A stretch of DNA of 49,738 nt. Origin: a virus (Duplodnaviria; Caudoviricetes). Positions 27,699-37,329 of this stretch are shown here, piece by piece. The notes beneath the pieces were generated by a model. The model was given only the letters and a program-made list of their open reading frames with translations, was not told where the DNA came from and made no database searches. The DNA lies in the IMG/VR virus record IMGVR_UViG_3300023170_004110, positions 1-49,738 of that record; one strand, 5' to 3'. The translations under genes were made by a program, and so were the position numbers. Numbering within the stretch: the first letter of the stretch is position 1; the number at the start of each line of letters is the position of its first letter.

Positions 27699-29158
27699 TC
27701 TCTACCAACTACAATTTCAATTAAACCAGCAGAGCTATTAATTTTATTGTCTAAAGATTTGCCTATCACTGAACCTACAGGAGGTTTATTATTTACTATG
27801 CAGTATCCGTTTTGAGCTGCTGATACTAATAGATCTCCTTTTTGCACAACTCCAACTACTTTTACAAATACTCTACCTTGTAATGCTATTGGAACTATGT
27901 TGTCTCCTTTACAATTAGAATTCATTAAATAAGCAGGGTCGGCAGATACAACACCTGCTACTCTTGTATCATTTTTGATATTAGTTGTAGTTACTTCTTT
28001 AGCACCTCCAAAAATAACAACAGTTCCGGCTTCATAACACTCATCTGCTATATAATTTTCTGCTAAGTCGGCATATTGTGCATTTAGAGCAGTACCATTA
28101 AAAACAGATGCATATATTGTATTCCAAACATCAGTAGAATTACCTATTGTGTTGTTTAATCCAGATGGTATAATATTTCCATAAACAGTAATATTATTAC
28201 TGAAAAGGTTGTTCCAAACCTTTTCAGTGGATCCTATATCATATGTGTTAGTAATATCTGGAAGAATTGATTGTGCAGTAACATCTTCTATAGTAATACT
28301 CTCTGCGGATAAATTTGTTGCAGTAACATCTTCTATAGTAATACTCTCTGCGGATAAATTTGTTGCAGTAACATCTTCTATAGTAATACTCTCTGCGGAT
28401 AAATTTGTTGCAGTAATGTTAGTACTTGTGATGTTGTTAATGTACAATTCATTCCAGCTGTTATCTACTCTACCTAAATTATTTGTTGATACTAAAGGAA
28501 TAATGTCACCATTAGCTGCCCTTTCAAAAGCATCATTAATGTTATCAACATTTAAATAATTGCCCATATTTAAGGTATTGTATGAGTAATAATATAATTC
28601 AGCAGGAAATGTATTCTTAACTATAACTTGTACATGCCTGTAACTAGCAGCTCCAAATTTTCTTGCGTATTCATCTGGACCGCTTACTTGATCATTATTG
28701 ATTACATAAATAATTTCTTCAAACATTGTACCTTCACCTAAATGTCCATTTGCGTCATCTGCTGAAATAATTAATGGATGAATATTAGGTTCTTGTCCCT
28801 CTAAATTAGGAAAATATTCGTTTGAAGGATCATTTTGATCAAAAATATAGGTAAAACCTTTTAACAAACGTAATACAGGTTGCTTTTCGCCATCCACATT
28901 AAAAATAAGATTTTCATTGCTATCATATTCTACAGTGACAATATGTCTAATTGCGGCTATTTCTGCTAGTCCAGCAGACTTTGCAATTGTACTTTCGGTT
29001 ACAACTTCGTGCCCACCTTTTTTCCTTCCATCATAAGCTCTTATAGTCGCAGTATCCATACTGTAATATAATTCTCCGCTGGATCCGACATTTATATTTA
29101 AAAAATCGTTATCTCGTGGAATGATGCGTATTCTATTTACGATAGGTGATGATGACAT
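27695..29158 (-). CDS. tail fibre-like protein with C-terminal intramolecular chaperone/autocleavage-like domain
   Basis: YDIGS..WNNLF fibre repeats; AQYADLAENY..GTVV..GVVS..PAYLMN..ALQGRV..KGDLLV..IGKSL. Confidence 0.7.
   Translation of the reverse strand: MSSSPIVNRIRIIPRDNDFLNINVGSSGELYYSMDTATIRAYDGRKKGGHEVVTESTIAKSAGLAEIAAIRHIVTVEYDSNENLIFNVDGEKQPVLRLLKGFTYIFDQNDPSNEYFPNLEGQEPNIHPLIISADDANGHLGEGTMFEEIIYVINNDQVSGPDEYARKFGAASYRHVQVIVKNTFPAELYYYSYNTLNMGNYLNVDNINDAFERAANGDIIPLVSTNNLGRVDNSWNELYINNITSTNITATNLSAESITIEDVTATNLSAESITIEDVTATNLSAESITIEDVTAQSILPDITNTYDIGSTEKVWNNLFSNNITVYGNIIPSGLNNTIGNSTDVWNTIYASVFNGTALNAQYADLAENYIADECYEAGTVVIFGGAKEVTTTNIKNDTRVAGVVSADPAYLMNSNCKGDNIVPIALQGRVFVKVVGVVQKGDLLVSAAQNGYCIVNNKPPVGSVIGKSLDNKINSSAGLIEIVVGRD
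28274..28416 (-). repeat. perfect 45-bp tandem repeat x3 (15 aa, TATNLSAESITIEDV)
   Basis: tgcagtaacatcttctatagtaatactctctgcggataaatttgt at 28274, 28319, 28364, plus a partial copy at 28409. Confidence 0.97.
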
Positions 29159-29177
29159 GTCTTACTTTCCTAATATT

Positions 29178-29327
29178 TTATTTACTTTCGTGTTTAATTC
29201 TAAATTTGCAATCTGACGAATGGTTTTGTATTTGATTATCAATTTCTTTTTCTGATTTACCACAAAATAAACAAACTAAATTTGTATTGTGATCATCAGT
29301 TGGTAATCTTTTTTTTGGGTAATCCAT
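29178..29327 (-). CDS. 49-aa zinc-finger microprotein (not in the ORF track)
   Basis: MDYPKKRLPTDDHNTNLVCLFCGKSEKEIDNQIQNHSSDCKFRIKHESK; TAGGAG RBS; TATAAATA at 29359-29366 on the minus strand. Confidence 0.7.
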   Translation of the reverse strand: MDYPKKRLPTDDHNTNLVCLFCGKSEKEIDNQIQNHSSDCKFRIKHESK

Positions 29328-29365
29328 AAATAAACTCCTAATTAAAATAACTATTAAATATTTAT

Positions 29366-30847
29366 ATGAATACTATAGAAAAAATTATTATTTTAGGTGG
29401 CGGTACAAGTGGTTTTATATCAGCCTTTATCTTAAGGAAAAAACATCCTAATTTAAAAATACAAATTATCAAATCAGAAAAAATTGATACAATAGGCGTA
29501 GGAGAAGGAAGCACTGAAAATTTTACAAAATTCCTTGAATATGTCGATATTGAGTATAAAGATATATTAAAAAATTGTGGTGCAACATTAAAATCCGGTA
29601 TTATGTTTAAGGGCTGGAGCGATAACGATTTTTTACAAAGTATTAGTGACGGTTGGAATATGCAAACAGATTTTTATCCTATTGCATTTGGTAATTTGAT
29701 TGTAAATAAGTCTACAAATGATCTTTTTGTAAGTGAGCATGCTTTGAACAATAAGGTGAATGCGTGGTTTTTGCAAGATAAAAATATTTGTCCTACAGCG
29801 CAATTTCATTTTGATAATTTTAAATTAAATTCTTATTTTGAAAAACTAGCAAGTAAGAGAAATATTAATGTCATTTATACAGAAATAAAAAAAATAAATT
29901 TATCTGCTAATGGTAACATACAAAATTTACAAAGCGAAGATTCTGTATATACAGCTGATTTCTTTATTGATGCATCAGGATTTAGAAAATTTTTAATAAA
30001 GAAGCTAGATGCAAAGTGGAAAAGTTGGAAAAAATATTTTTTCCTAAATTCTGCAATTACATTTCAAACAAAATCTAGTGAAAATATTGATATGTGGACC
30101 ACAGCACAAACCATGGAAAACGGTTGGTTGTTTAAAATTCCTTTAACTGACAGGAACGGAAATGGTTATATTTACGATGATAGATATTGCACAAACACGC
30201 AAGCTGAACAAGAAGTTAGAGAATTTTTAAATCTTGATATTACTGTTGCAAAAGAAATTAAATTTGAACCTGGATATGTCATAAATCCTTGGATTAAGAA
30301 TTGTTGTGCTATAGGTTTGAGTTCTAGTTTTGTAGAACCTTTAGAAGCATCTTCAATTGGTGTAACAATTGAACAATCATTTTTACTTTCTAAATTATTA
30401 GTTAATTATAATGATTATACAATAAAAAAATATAATACAATTAATGAAAAAATCCTTGAAAATGTGAGAGATTTTATTTCCTTGCATTATATAACAAAAA
30501 AAAATAATAGCCAATTTTGGAAGGATATTCAACACAATTTAATTATTTCTGATAAACTTGCTCATTTACTTGAAATTTGGAAAAATAATTTACCAAACAG
30601 ATTTGATTTTTTTGATTATTCGCCCAGTTGCTTATTTAGCGAATTGCATTTTATCCTAATTCTTAACGGATTAAAATTATTTAATGCTGAAAGTATAACT
30701 AGAGAGTATAAGTCAATTGTATCTGCTGTTGATGAAAGGATTGTTTTAGATACATTGGACTTTCAAAAAAATTTACGATGCGACACAATACCACATAGAT
30801 TGTTTTTAGAATTTTTAAAGAATATAAAAAAAGAAAATTATGAATAG
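29366..30847 (+). CDS. flavin-dependent tryptophan halogenase-like protein
   Basis: GGGTSG, IGVGEGS, ATLKSGI (catalytic Lys position), FHFD, FIDASGF, GWLFKIP, FVEPLEASSI. Confidence 0.9.
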   Translation: MNTIEKIIILGGGTSGFISAFILRKKHPNLKIQIIKSEKIDTIGVGEGSTENFTKFLEYVDIEYKDILKNCGATLKSGIMFKGWSDNDFLQSISDGWNMQTDFYPIAFGNLIVNKSTNDLFVSEHALNNKVNAWFLQDKNICPTAQFHFDNFKLNSYFEKLASKRNINVIYTEIKKINLSANGNIQNLQSEDSVYTADFFIDASGFRKFLIKKLDAKWKSWKKYFFLNSAITFQTKSSENIDMWTTAQTMENGWLFKIPLTDRNGNGYIYDDRYCTNTQAEQEVREFLNLDITVAKEIKFEPGYVINPWIKNCCAIGLSSSFVEPLEASSIGVTIEQSFLLSKLLVNYNDYTIKKYNTINEKILENVRDFISLHYITKKNNSQFWKDIQHNLIISDKLAHLLEIWKNNLPNRFDFFDYSPSCLFSELHFILILNGLKLFNAESITREYKSIVSAVDERIVLDTLDFQKNLRCDTIPHRLFLEFLKNIKKENYE

Positions 30848-31733
30848 ACTGTTTACATTTGGCTGTAGTTTCACATTATATAATTGGCCGACTTGGGCAG
30901 ATTTATTTGGGTTAGAATTTCCACAAGCCTACAATTGGGGTTGTCCAGGAATAGGTAATAGAGGTATTCTAGAAAGGCTTTTCGAATGTGATGCTTGTAT
31001 GAATTTTGCTCCTACAGATACAGTTATAATACAATGGACTAGTTATTTACGGCATGATTACATGCGAACAAATACTAACGATAAAGAAAAAAACTCTTCA
31101 TGGAAAAGGATATCTTCATGGAAAACTTGTGGCAGTATTTTTGCCAAAAATAATCAAAATATTTTCGACCGTAATTGGATTAATAAATTTTGGGAAGAAC
31201 GTGCTTATTTTATACATACCCTTAATGCAATTGTAGGAGCAATAGGATTTTTAGACGGTAAAGGTTGTAAGTGGGCAATGACGTCTATGAATGATTTATG
31301 TGCTGTAGGAAATAATATTGAAGATAAAACTTTTGGCGGAGAATATCAAAATTCAAAAAATTTACCAAAATTTTGGGATTTAGATAAAAATTTAGATTTT
31401 TATAGAACAAAAATTTGGGAAGATAATAAGGACAAATGGATATCGCCAATAATAAATGTAAAAGAAGAATGTCCTGAATATAATGCGATATTTAATTTTG
31501 AAAAAAGGACGGAAGGCGCATGGGAAGAAGCTCATCCCTCAGTGATGCAACACGCTATTTGGTTATTAAGTTTAAAAGATTATCTACAATTAGATGTTAA
31601 TTTAACCAAAGAACAAGCTAAAATGGTTAATGAAATAACTAATTTTCAAAATACTGCAAAAGATTATAAAGATTTTGAAGGAAAAATTAATAACACGCTC
31701 TGGGGTAAAACAATAAGAGTTGCAGGTTTATAG
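30840..31733 (+). CDS. SGNH/GDSL-like hypothetical protein
   Basis: FGCSFT, GIGN, IIQWT..R, C-terminal HPS. Confidence 0.55.
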   Translation: MNRLFTFGCSFTLYNWPTWADLFGLEFPQAYNWGCPGIGNRGILERLFECDACMNFAPTDTVIIQWTSYLRHDYMRTNTNDKEKNSSWKRISSWKTCGSIFAKNNQNIFDRNWINKFWEERAYFIHTLNAIVGAIGFLDGKGCKWAMTSMNDLCAVGNNIEDKTFGGEYQNSKNLPKFWDLDKNLDFYRTKIWEDNKDKWISPIINVKEECPEYNAIFNFEKRTEGAWEEAHPSVMQHAIWLLSLKDYLQLDVNLTKEQAKMVNEITNFQNTAKDYKDFEGKINNTLWGKTIRVAGL

Positions 31734-31762
31734 CTTTCTTAATCTGCTTCCTGGGGGACCCA

Positions 31763-32326
31763 TTATGTATTCCATGGCAAAGCATTAGCAAAATCATATA
31801 AGTTATTAACAATTGTTGTTTTATTTTTTATTTGCCTAAAATTGCTTTTTGATAGCATTTTTTCAGTCTCTAATCCTTTACCTGTTTTTACCAAAACTGG
31901 TAGGGCACCTACACGCAGAGCTGCTTTTAAATCACTAATACGATCTCCTACGAATGCACCTCCTTTAAATTTTAAACCACATTCTTGTTCAGCTCTTTGA
32001 AACATACCGATATTGGGCTTCGCATATATATCTTTCTTGAATGATGTAGTGCTGTAATATATTCCGCTTATATTTGTGCATCCAACAGCGCCTAGTTTTT
32101 CTAACAAAATTTGGTGAACATTCTGCACATCTGGTATTGATATTTCATTCGTATGAATACCCGGTTGGTTTGACAAAATTACAACGTTGTAATTTTTATC
32201 TCTAAGCATTTTAATTGCTTCTAAGCTCCCTTCTATAGGATTAACTTCATTAACAAATTTTATAGGCTTGCCAATATCATGTAAGATAGTGCCATCTCTA
32301 TCTAGTCCAATTGTAATATTATTCAT
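31763..32326 (-). CDS. HAD-IIIA phosphatase, GmhB (heptose bisphosphate phosphatase)-like
   Basis: LDRDGT, SNQPG, KPNIGM, VGDRISD, VKTGKG; lacks the CxH/CxC Zn motif. Confidence 0.85.
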   Translation of the reverse strand: MNNITIGLDRDGTILHDIGKPIKFVNEVNPIEGSLEAIKMLRDKNYNVVILSNQPGIHTNEISIPDVQNVHQILLEKLGAVGCTNISGIYYSTTSFKKDIYAKPNIGMFQRAEQECGLKFKGGAFVGDRISDLKAALRVGALPVLVKTGKGLETEKMLSKSNFRQIKNKTTIVNNLYDFANALPWNT

Positions 32327-32910
32327 ATTGCGTCAATATTAAACGATATGGAAATTCTTTCATGTTCTACTTCTTGTTGTTCTACTTTGTGTAACAAATA
32401 ACTAGGAAATATTAAAAGCATTCCAGATGTAGGTTGAATAATGAAATCTGTTGTGTTAAATTCTGTAGGAAATTTTTTTCTGCAATTATACGGCCAACTA
32501 CTTTCTAATACAGTTTTATTTTGAAATATTATTTTTGCATCATTGTTTTTGCAATTTAAGTAATAAACACCACTGTATAGATGGGGTATATGCTGATGTG
32601 GTTCGTGATAACTGTAAATTCTATTAATGTTAAACCAGGATGATGTAATAGATAAATTATCTTGTAACCCAATATCATTATGTAAAGTTGTAGTTTGATC
32701 TAAAATAAATTTTTTGAAATCAATAAAAAGTATTTCTTCTAGTAAGTTTGACCCTCCAAAACTTGTATAACTTCCAACAGGATAGTAATTTGTAAAATTT
32801 TTGTTTTGTTTTTCGTAATCTTTGCAATAATCTATTACTTTTTTTTTATTAATAAAATCAAAGTTGCTCCGCCACGCAGGCGCACCGAATATAGTAAAAA
32901 AATTTAGCAT
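32323..32910 (-). CDS. Fe(II)/2OG oxygenase (TIGR02466-like)
   Basis: SWFN, HxH, SGVYY, IFPSYLLHKV, RISISFN. Confidence 0.85.
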   Translation of the reverse strand: MLNFFTIFGAPAWRSNFDFINKKKVIDYCKDYEKQNKNFTNYYPVGSYTSFGGSNLLEEILFIDFKKFILDQTTTLHNDIGLQDNLSITSSWFNINRIYSYHEPHQHIPHLYSGVYYLNCKNNDAKIIFQNKTVLESSWPYNCRKKFPTEFNTTDFIIQPTSGMLLIFPSYLLHKVEQQEVEHERISISFNIDAI

Positions 32911-33008
32911 TATAACAATCTTCTTTTTGTTAAAAATTTTGATGGCATTATTATACGTTCGTGATATTCTAAAAAATTTTCAAATTGCGTTTTACTATAT
33001 TCTTGCAT
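32910..33008 (-). CDS. 32-aa hypothetical microprotein
   Basis: MQEYSKTQFENFLEYHERIIMPSKFLTKRRLL fills the gap; TAATG overlap with the next start. Confidence 0.4.
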   Translation of the reverse strand: MQEYSKTQFENFLEYHERIIMPSKFLTKRRLL

Positions 33009-33019
33009 TTGATTTTCTT

Positions 33020-33751
33020 TTAAATAAAAAATTGTTGATTTATTCTGTAAATATTTTTTGTAAACATAGTTTCATCTATATAAGCACTATGAAATACATT
33101 TTGTTGATAAATTATCATTCTATTATATTTCATTTCAACAAGGTGAATTTTTTTCCAGTCACCTTGATCATCAATTAGAAATTTAGTTGGTTTAATTTTA
33201 TTTTTTTCATCTACATAATTTATATTTTTATCAGAGATCATTTTGCCTTGAAAAGAATAAAATGCAGTTCCACCTGCACATTCCTCTGCTTTATTTAAAT
33301 AAATTGTAGAAGCAAACGCTCTATAATCAGAGTTATCAATATGCGGAACTCTAGGTGGAAGATTTTCAGATGTCATAACATTTATCATAAATGTTGCCCG
33401 CTGAAAACTAGTTATAATTTGATCATTTTGATTAGCTTTTTCAAATTCAGGAAAGACTACTTCTGGAAATATTTTTTGGATAATTTTGTTATATACTGGT
33501 CCTAATGAATCTAAAATATAAAAAGCATTTATACGTCCGCTATTCTTTCCTGTTGGTAGATCAGAAGTAATTCGGTCGTTTACTGTGGGCGGAATAGTAA
33601 ATGCAAGTTCTCTAACTGCATCAGGATCAACATAAAAATCATCAACAATTCCTATTTTAACAAGTTCGCACGGTGTTTTAATTTCTATTATTTGAATTTT
33701 TAAATCTTGATTAGTTAAAAATATTTTTTTTTCATCAATAAATTTAATCAT
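33020..33751 (-). CDS. Fe(II)/2OG oxygenase-like protein (DUF6445-like)
   Basis: VDDFYVDPD, PHID, IYLN, GGTAFY, YNR, FHS, RINQ. Confidence 0.75.
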   Translation of the reverse strand: MIKFIDEKKIFLTNQDLKIQIIEIKTPCELVKIGIVDDFYVDPDAVRELAFTIPPTVNDRITSDLPTGKNSGRINAFYILDSLGPVYNKIIQKIFPEVVFPEFEKANQNDQIITSFQRATFMINVMTSENLPPRVPHIDNSDYRAFASTIYLNKAEECAGGTAFYSFQGKMISDKNINYVDEKNKIKPTKFLIDDQGDWKKIHLVEMKYNRMIIYQQNVFHSAYIDETMFTKNIYRINQQFFI

Positions 33752-35555
33752 TTTTTATGCAAATTATTTTTTTAAACTCAGGCAAAAATAAGTATTCAAT
33801 ATCACTAGAAAATAAAGTTTCCAGTGCATCTTCTAAAGTTTCTACCAATGGTTCGCCGCCTAAATTAAAACTTGTATTAAATAATATAGGTATATTAGTT
33901 TTTTGATAAAATTCCTTAATTAAGGAATAATATAAGGGGTTTTGTTTTTCTGTAACAGTTTGAATTCTACAAGTGCCGTCAATATGAACTATTGATGGTA
34001 TTTTTTCTATATGTGTATCCTTACATTTAACTGCATACATCATATGAGGACTTTCTTTTAAAGTTCTCATATCAAACCAATCATGAGCATGCTCTGCGAG
34101 CACAGATCCTGCAAATGGTCTAAAATACTCTCTATTCTTTACTAAGTTTACATAGTCCTTGCCATCTTTAAATGTAGGATCAAATAGTATACTTCTATTG
34201 CCTAATGCTCTCGGACCATTTTCTGATCTACCTTGAAATATACTTACGATATTTTTTTCCGTAAGTAAATTTACTACATCTTTATTATCTGCATCAATAA
34301 TAATACCATTAAATTTATCTACAAGATTTGTAATATAATCTAAATTATATTCATATTTGGGACCTAAATATATAGATTCAGCATATGGCCTAATTTTACT
34401 ATCTTGGGTTAATTTATGGTAACAAAGTAGTGCAGCTCCCATAGCTGTTCCTGCATCATTACTTACTGGTTCAACATAAAATTCAATATTATGTTTTTTT
34501 AATTCATCTAAATAAAAATAATTAGCTACACAATTTAATCCGTATCCTCCACTAAAAACAACTTTTTTTATGTTACTTTTTTCAACAGCTTGTAAAATTA
34601 GATTTAGGCAAGCTTGTTGGCTTTCTGTTTGAACTGCATATGCTAAATCTCGCCTATTTTGTAAGTCTGTTACATCTATATTAGGCACAGATTCGTTATA
34701 AAAATCAGGATTATTTAATTCTGCATATCTTCCAATATTAACATCTGCTCCATTTGGATATGTTGGTATGATCAAATTCCTATCCGAAGTAATCCAAGAG
34801 CCATTACCACCATCTGAATAAATTGCTGGAAAATTATTATTCGGGTTGCCATAAGGAAATAATCCCATAGTTTTTCCAGCTTCAATAGGTGCAAATCCAC
34901 AGTATTGTGTTACTGCTTCATATGCTTTTACAATTCCTGCCGAATCGTCAAGAATTAATTCAAATGGATCGTCTTGATTCATATAGTCAGCAACAAAATT
35001 TGGCATCCGAACCCCGCCCCATGGGCCTCTGCCGCCTTGATGTTTGTATATTGTCTTAAAATTATTAGGATATTTACATGTAAAAAAAGTTTCTAATTCC
35101 CAAGTCATTTCCGTTGTACTTCCTATTTGTAACGGAATGTAAGTTCCTGCACCGTCGACAATTACAGCAACTGCTTCATCAAATCCAGATCTATAGAATG
35201 CACAAGCTGCATGCAATTGGTGATGCATATAGCTATAATCTAAAACTTGAGGATGGTTATCATGCCTTTCCTTGTGGCTGATTAGTTTTAACTTCCTAGC
35301 TAAGCCAGTATAAATATCGTCACCACTAAAGTCTATTTTGCCCGCTGTTTCTTTTAGTGGTTGAGTGTGAGCGATAACAAGGTAATCTAATTTATCAGTA
35401 AAATCTAGTATTTTTTTCATAGCAGCAAAAGGACCGCCGTCGTATTTTTGCCGTGATAGCCTTTCTTCTTCAATTGAAAAAATTATTTCGCCATCTCTTA
35501 ATAAGCAAACACCAGCATTATGTCCTCTAGTGATTCCTGCTATCCATCTTGTCAT
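33744..35555 (-). CDS. O-carbamoyltransferase (NodU/CmcH/TobZ family)
   Basis: EEERLSRQK, HHQLHA, DGAG, GKTMGL, SGGYGLNC, DAGTAMGAA, GPRALGNRSI, REYFRPFA, HIDGTCRIQTV, NTSFN. Confidence 0.95.
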   Translation of the reverse strand: MTRWIAGITRGHNAGVCLLRDGEIIFSIEEERLSRQKYDGGPFAAMKKILDFTDKLDYLVIAHTQPLKETAGKIDFSGDDIYTGLARKLKLISHKERHDNHPQVLDYSYMHHQLHAACAFYRSGFDEAVAVIVDGAGTYIPLQIGSTTEMTWELETFFTCKYPNNFKTIYKHQGGRGPWGGVRMPNFVADYMNQDDPFELILDDSAGIVKAYEAVTQYCGFAPIEAGKTMGLFPYGNPNNNFPAIYSDGGNGSWITSDRNLIIPTYPNGADVNIGRYAELNNPDFYNESVPNIDVTDLQNRRDLAYAVQTESQQACLNLILQAVEKSNIKKVVFSGGYGLNCVANYFYLDELKKHNIEFYVEPVSNDAGTAMGAALLCYHKLTQDSKIRPYAESIYLGPKYEYNLDYITNLVDKFNGIIIDADNKDVVNLLTEKNIVSIFQGRSENGPRALGNRSILFDPTFKDGKDYVNLVKNREYFRPFAGSVLAEHAHDWFDMRTLKESPHMMYAVKCKDTHIEKIPSIVHIDGTCRIQTVTEKQNPLYYSLIKEFYQKTNIPILFNTSFNLGGEPLVETLEDALETLFSSDIEYLFLPEFKKIICIKND

Positions 35556-35563
35556 AATTTTTT

Positions 35564-36571
35564 TTATCCTTTTAACGATGTTAAACTACCATTACTAATT
35601 TCAAATTTTTCTTTTTTGGGTATTTTTGTTAGAGTTTTACTAACCCCTATTGTAGCTTCGATCTTATCAATAATTTTCTTTATAATTTCTTTGCTCATTT
35701 CCATACAATTGTCATTTAATCTTTCTATATGTTCTTCTAAAGATATTCTAATTGGACTATATCGCCTAGTTTTTTCACCTATATCAATTATTTGAAATTT
35801 ATCAAAATCAGGATAAGAAACGTTAATAGGAAATGTAGATCCAAACACAATTGACGATGGCTTAGAAAAAGATCTTGCAATATGTTGTCCAACACTATCA
35901 CAGCCTACAAAATAATCAGAAATCTCTATTATACCTGCCCAAATTCTTATATCTGGAATTTCTGGCATAGCTACTGGATATTGTTGATTATTATTTTCTT
36001 CTAAAACTATAGGAAATTCTGACATTAAAATAACGGCGTATTTTTGTTTTAGTTGATTTATAAGATTTACTGCATCATTTAAATGCATACTTCTAGAACT
36101 GTAATCAGATACAAACTCGGCATCATTTATTACACCTCTGCCAAATGGTTGTACTACAACAACTTTTTCTTTTCCAGTTTTTTCTTGAACTTCCTTAATA
36201 ACCTTAAAAGCTTCTGTAACTTCGTATTTATTAAGATATATATTCGGAGGAGTAAGTGGTCTAATACCTTCGTTATTGATTGCAATATCAAATGCTTGTG
36301 ATAAACTGCATTTTTGATTGTAATATTCCCAAATTCTATAAGGTTCTGGAGATATTATATCTTTATCTTTGATATAATCCTCAAATAAATTTTTATGCCA
36401 ATGGTCGAATACTTTTTCATGTAAAGTAGGATGTCCTTTAAAAAAATCAGTACCACCTTCACAAACGATTATAAAATCTTGTGATTTTTCTAGTAAGTTT
36501 TCAAATGCTGGTATAGAACAAATTGTTCTGCCAGCACCTCCATTGATAAAATATGCCTTTGGTCTATTCAT
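35564..36571 (-). CDS. GT-B glycosyltransferase, GT9/heptosyltransferase-like (start revised to ATG 36571)
   Basis: GGAGRTIC, VVQPFG, FVGCDSVGQHIARSFSKPSSIVFGST. Confidence 0.7.
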   Translation of the reverse strand: MNRPKAYFINGGAGRTICSIPAFENLLEKSQDFIIVCEGGTDFFKGHPTLHEKVFDHWHKNLFEDYIKDKDIISPEPYRIWEYYNQKCSLSQAFDIAINNEGIRPLTPPNIYLNKYEVTEAFKVIKEVQEKTGKEKVVVVQPFGRGVINDAEFVSDYSSRSMHLNDAVNLINQLKQKYAVILMSEFPIVLEENNNQQYPVAMPEIPDIRIWAGIIEISDYFVGCDSVGQHIARSFSKPSSIVFGSTFPINVSYPDFDKFQIIDIGEKTRRYSPIRISLEEHIERLNDNCMEMSKEIIKKIIDKIEATIGVSKTLTKIPKKEKFEISNGSLTSLKG

Positions 36572-36608
36572 AAATATAGTTCTTTTAAAAAAAATATTTA
36601 TGAATAGA
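36563..36608 (-). promoter_or_regulatory. 15-bp perfect inverted repeat covering a late promoter and the start codon of the GT9-like gene
   Basis: tctattcataaatat (36563-36577) / atatttatgaataga (36594-36608), 16-nt loop. Confidence 0.75.
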
Positions 36609-36611
36609 TTC

Positions 36612-37304
36612 TTAAGGTTCTTGTATTCCTGGCTTAAATCCTGGAACAGGAGGAAACATTTGTGCTGCAAATATAGGAGGTATATCAGCTAATGCAGTTG
36701 GCATGTCTCTTAGCAGTTGTCTATAAGTTAATATTTCTTGTTTCAATGCTGCTGGCATATCTTCAGCTAGCATACCGTCCGAATCGTATAAATATTTGTC
36801 TCGTGTACTTTTGATATTGTCCCATGTAACATTTTCCATTACGTCTGACGTCCAGCTTTTGATTGGAATTTGCCATTCTTGAGTTTCAAAATCGTAAGTA
36901 ATATTGAATTCGTCATAAATATCTCTCGGGACCATAATCGTTGGCTTTTGAACTGGCATATATCCTTCTACATTATATATATCAACCCATTCTCTTGTGA
37001 ACTGTAAATGAAGTTGATCTGGATTTCCACAGTCATTACCAATTTCTGCTAGCAGTGCCATGTCATCTGATTCTGTTGCATCTATAGTAATCCGTACACT
37101 GTCTAGAGCAACTGGACGTTCTAATTCTTCTGCGGTTGTTAGGCACCAACCATTTTCTCTTCCGTCTTCTAGATTTACTTCAAATGTAAGAAATCTTGGT
37201 CCACGGTACGTCCATGTATCTGTTTTACCTAAGGTAAAACTTGTGCTCCTCCAGTCATCTGGAACTTTGTATGTAAACGTTTGCTCTATTCTTGGATTGT
37301 CCAT
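36612..37304 (-). CDS. tail fibre assembly chaperone-like protein
   Basis: C-terminal WDNIKSTRDKYLYDSD..YRQLLRDMP..FP motif; follows the fibre-like genes. Confidence 0.7.
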   Translation of the reverse strand: MDNPRIEQTFTYKVPDDWRSTSFTLGKTDTWTYRGPRFLTFEVNLEDGRENGWCLTTAEELERPVALDSVRITIDATESDDMALLAEIGNDCGNPDQLHLQFTREWVDIYNVEGYMPVQKPTIMVPRDIYDEFNITYDFETQEWQIPIKSWTSDVMENVTWDNIKSTRDKYLYDSDGMLAEDMPAALKQEILTYRQLLRDMPTALADIPPIFAAQMFPPVPGFKPGIQEP

Positions 37305-37329
37305 AAAATTTTTTCCTCAATAATTGAAC

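Noticed and set aside
28274-28416. CRISPR array
   Set aside because: Repeats are contiguous, have no spacers and are in frame within a CDS
31734-31762. Terminator between convergent genes
   Set aside because: Only a very short GC-rich stem and no U-tract
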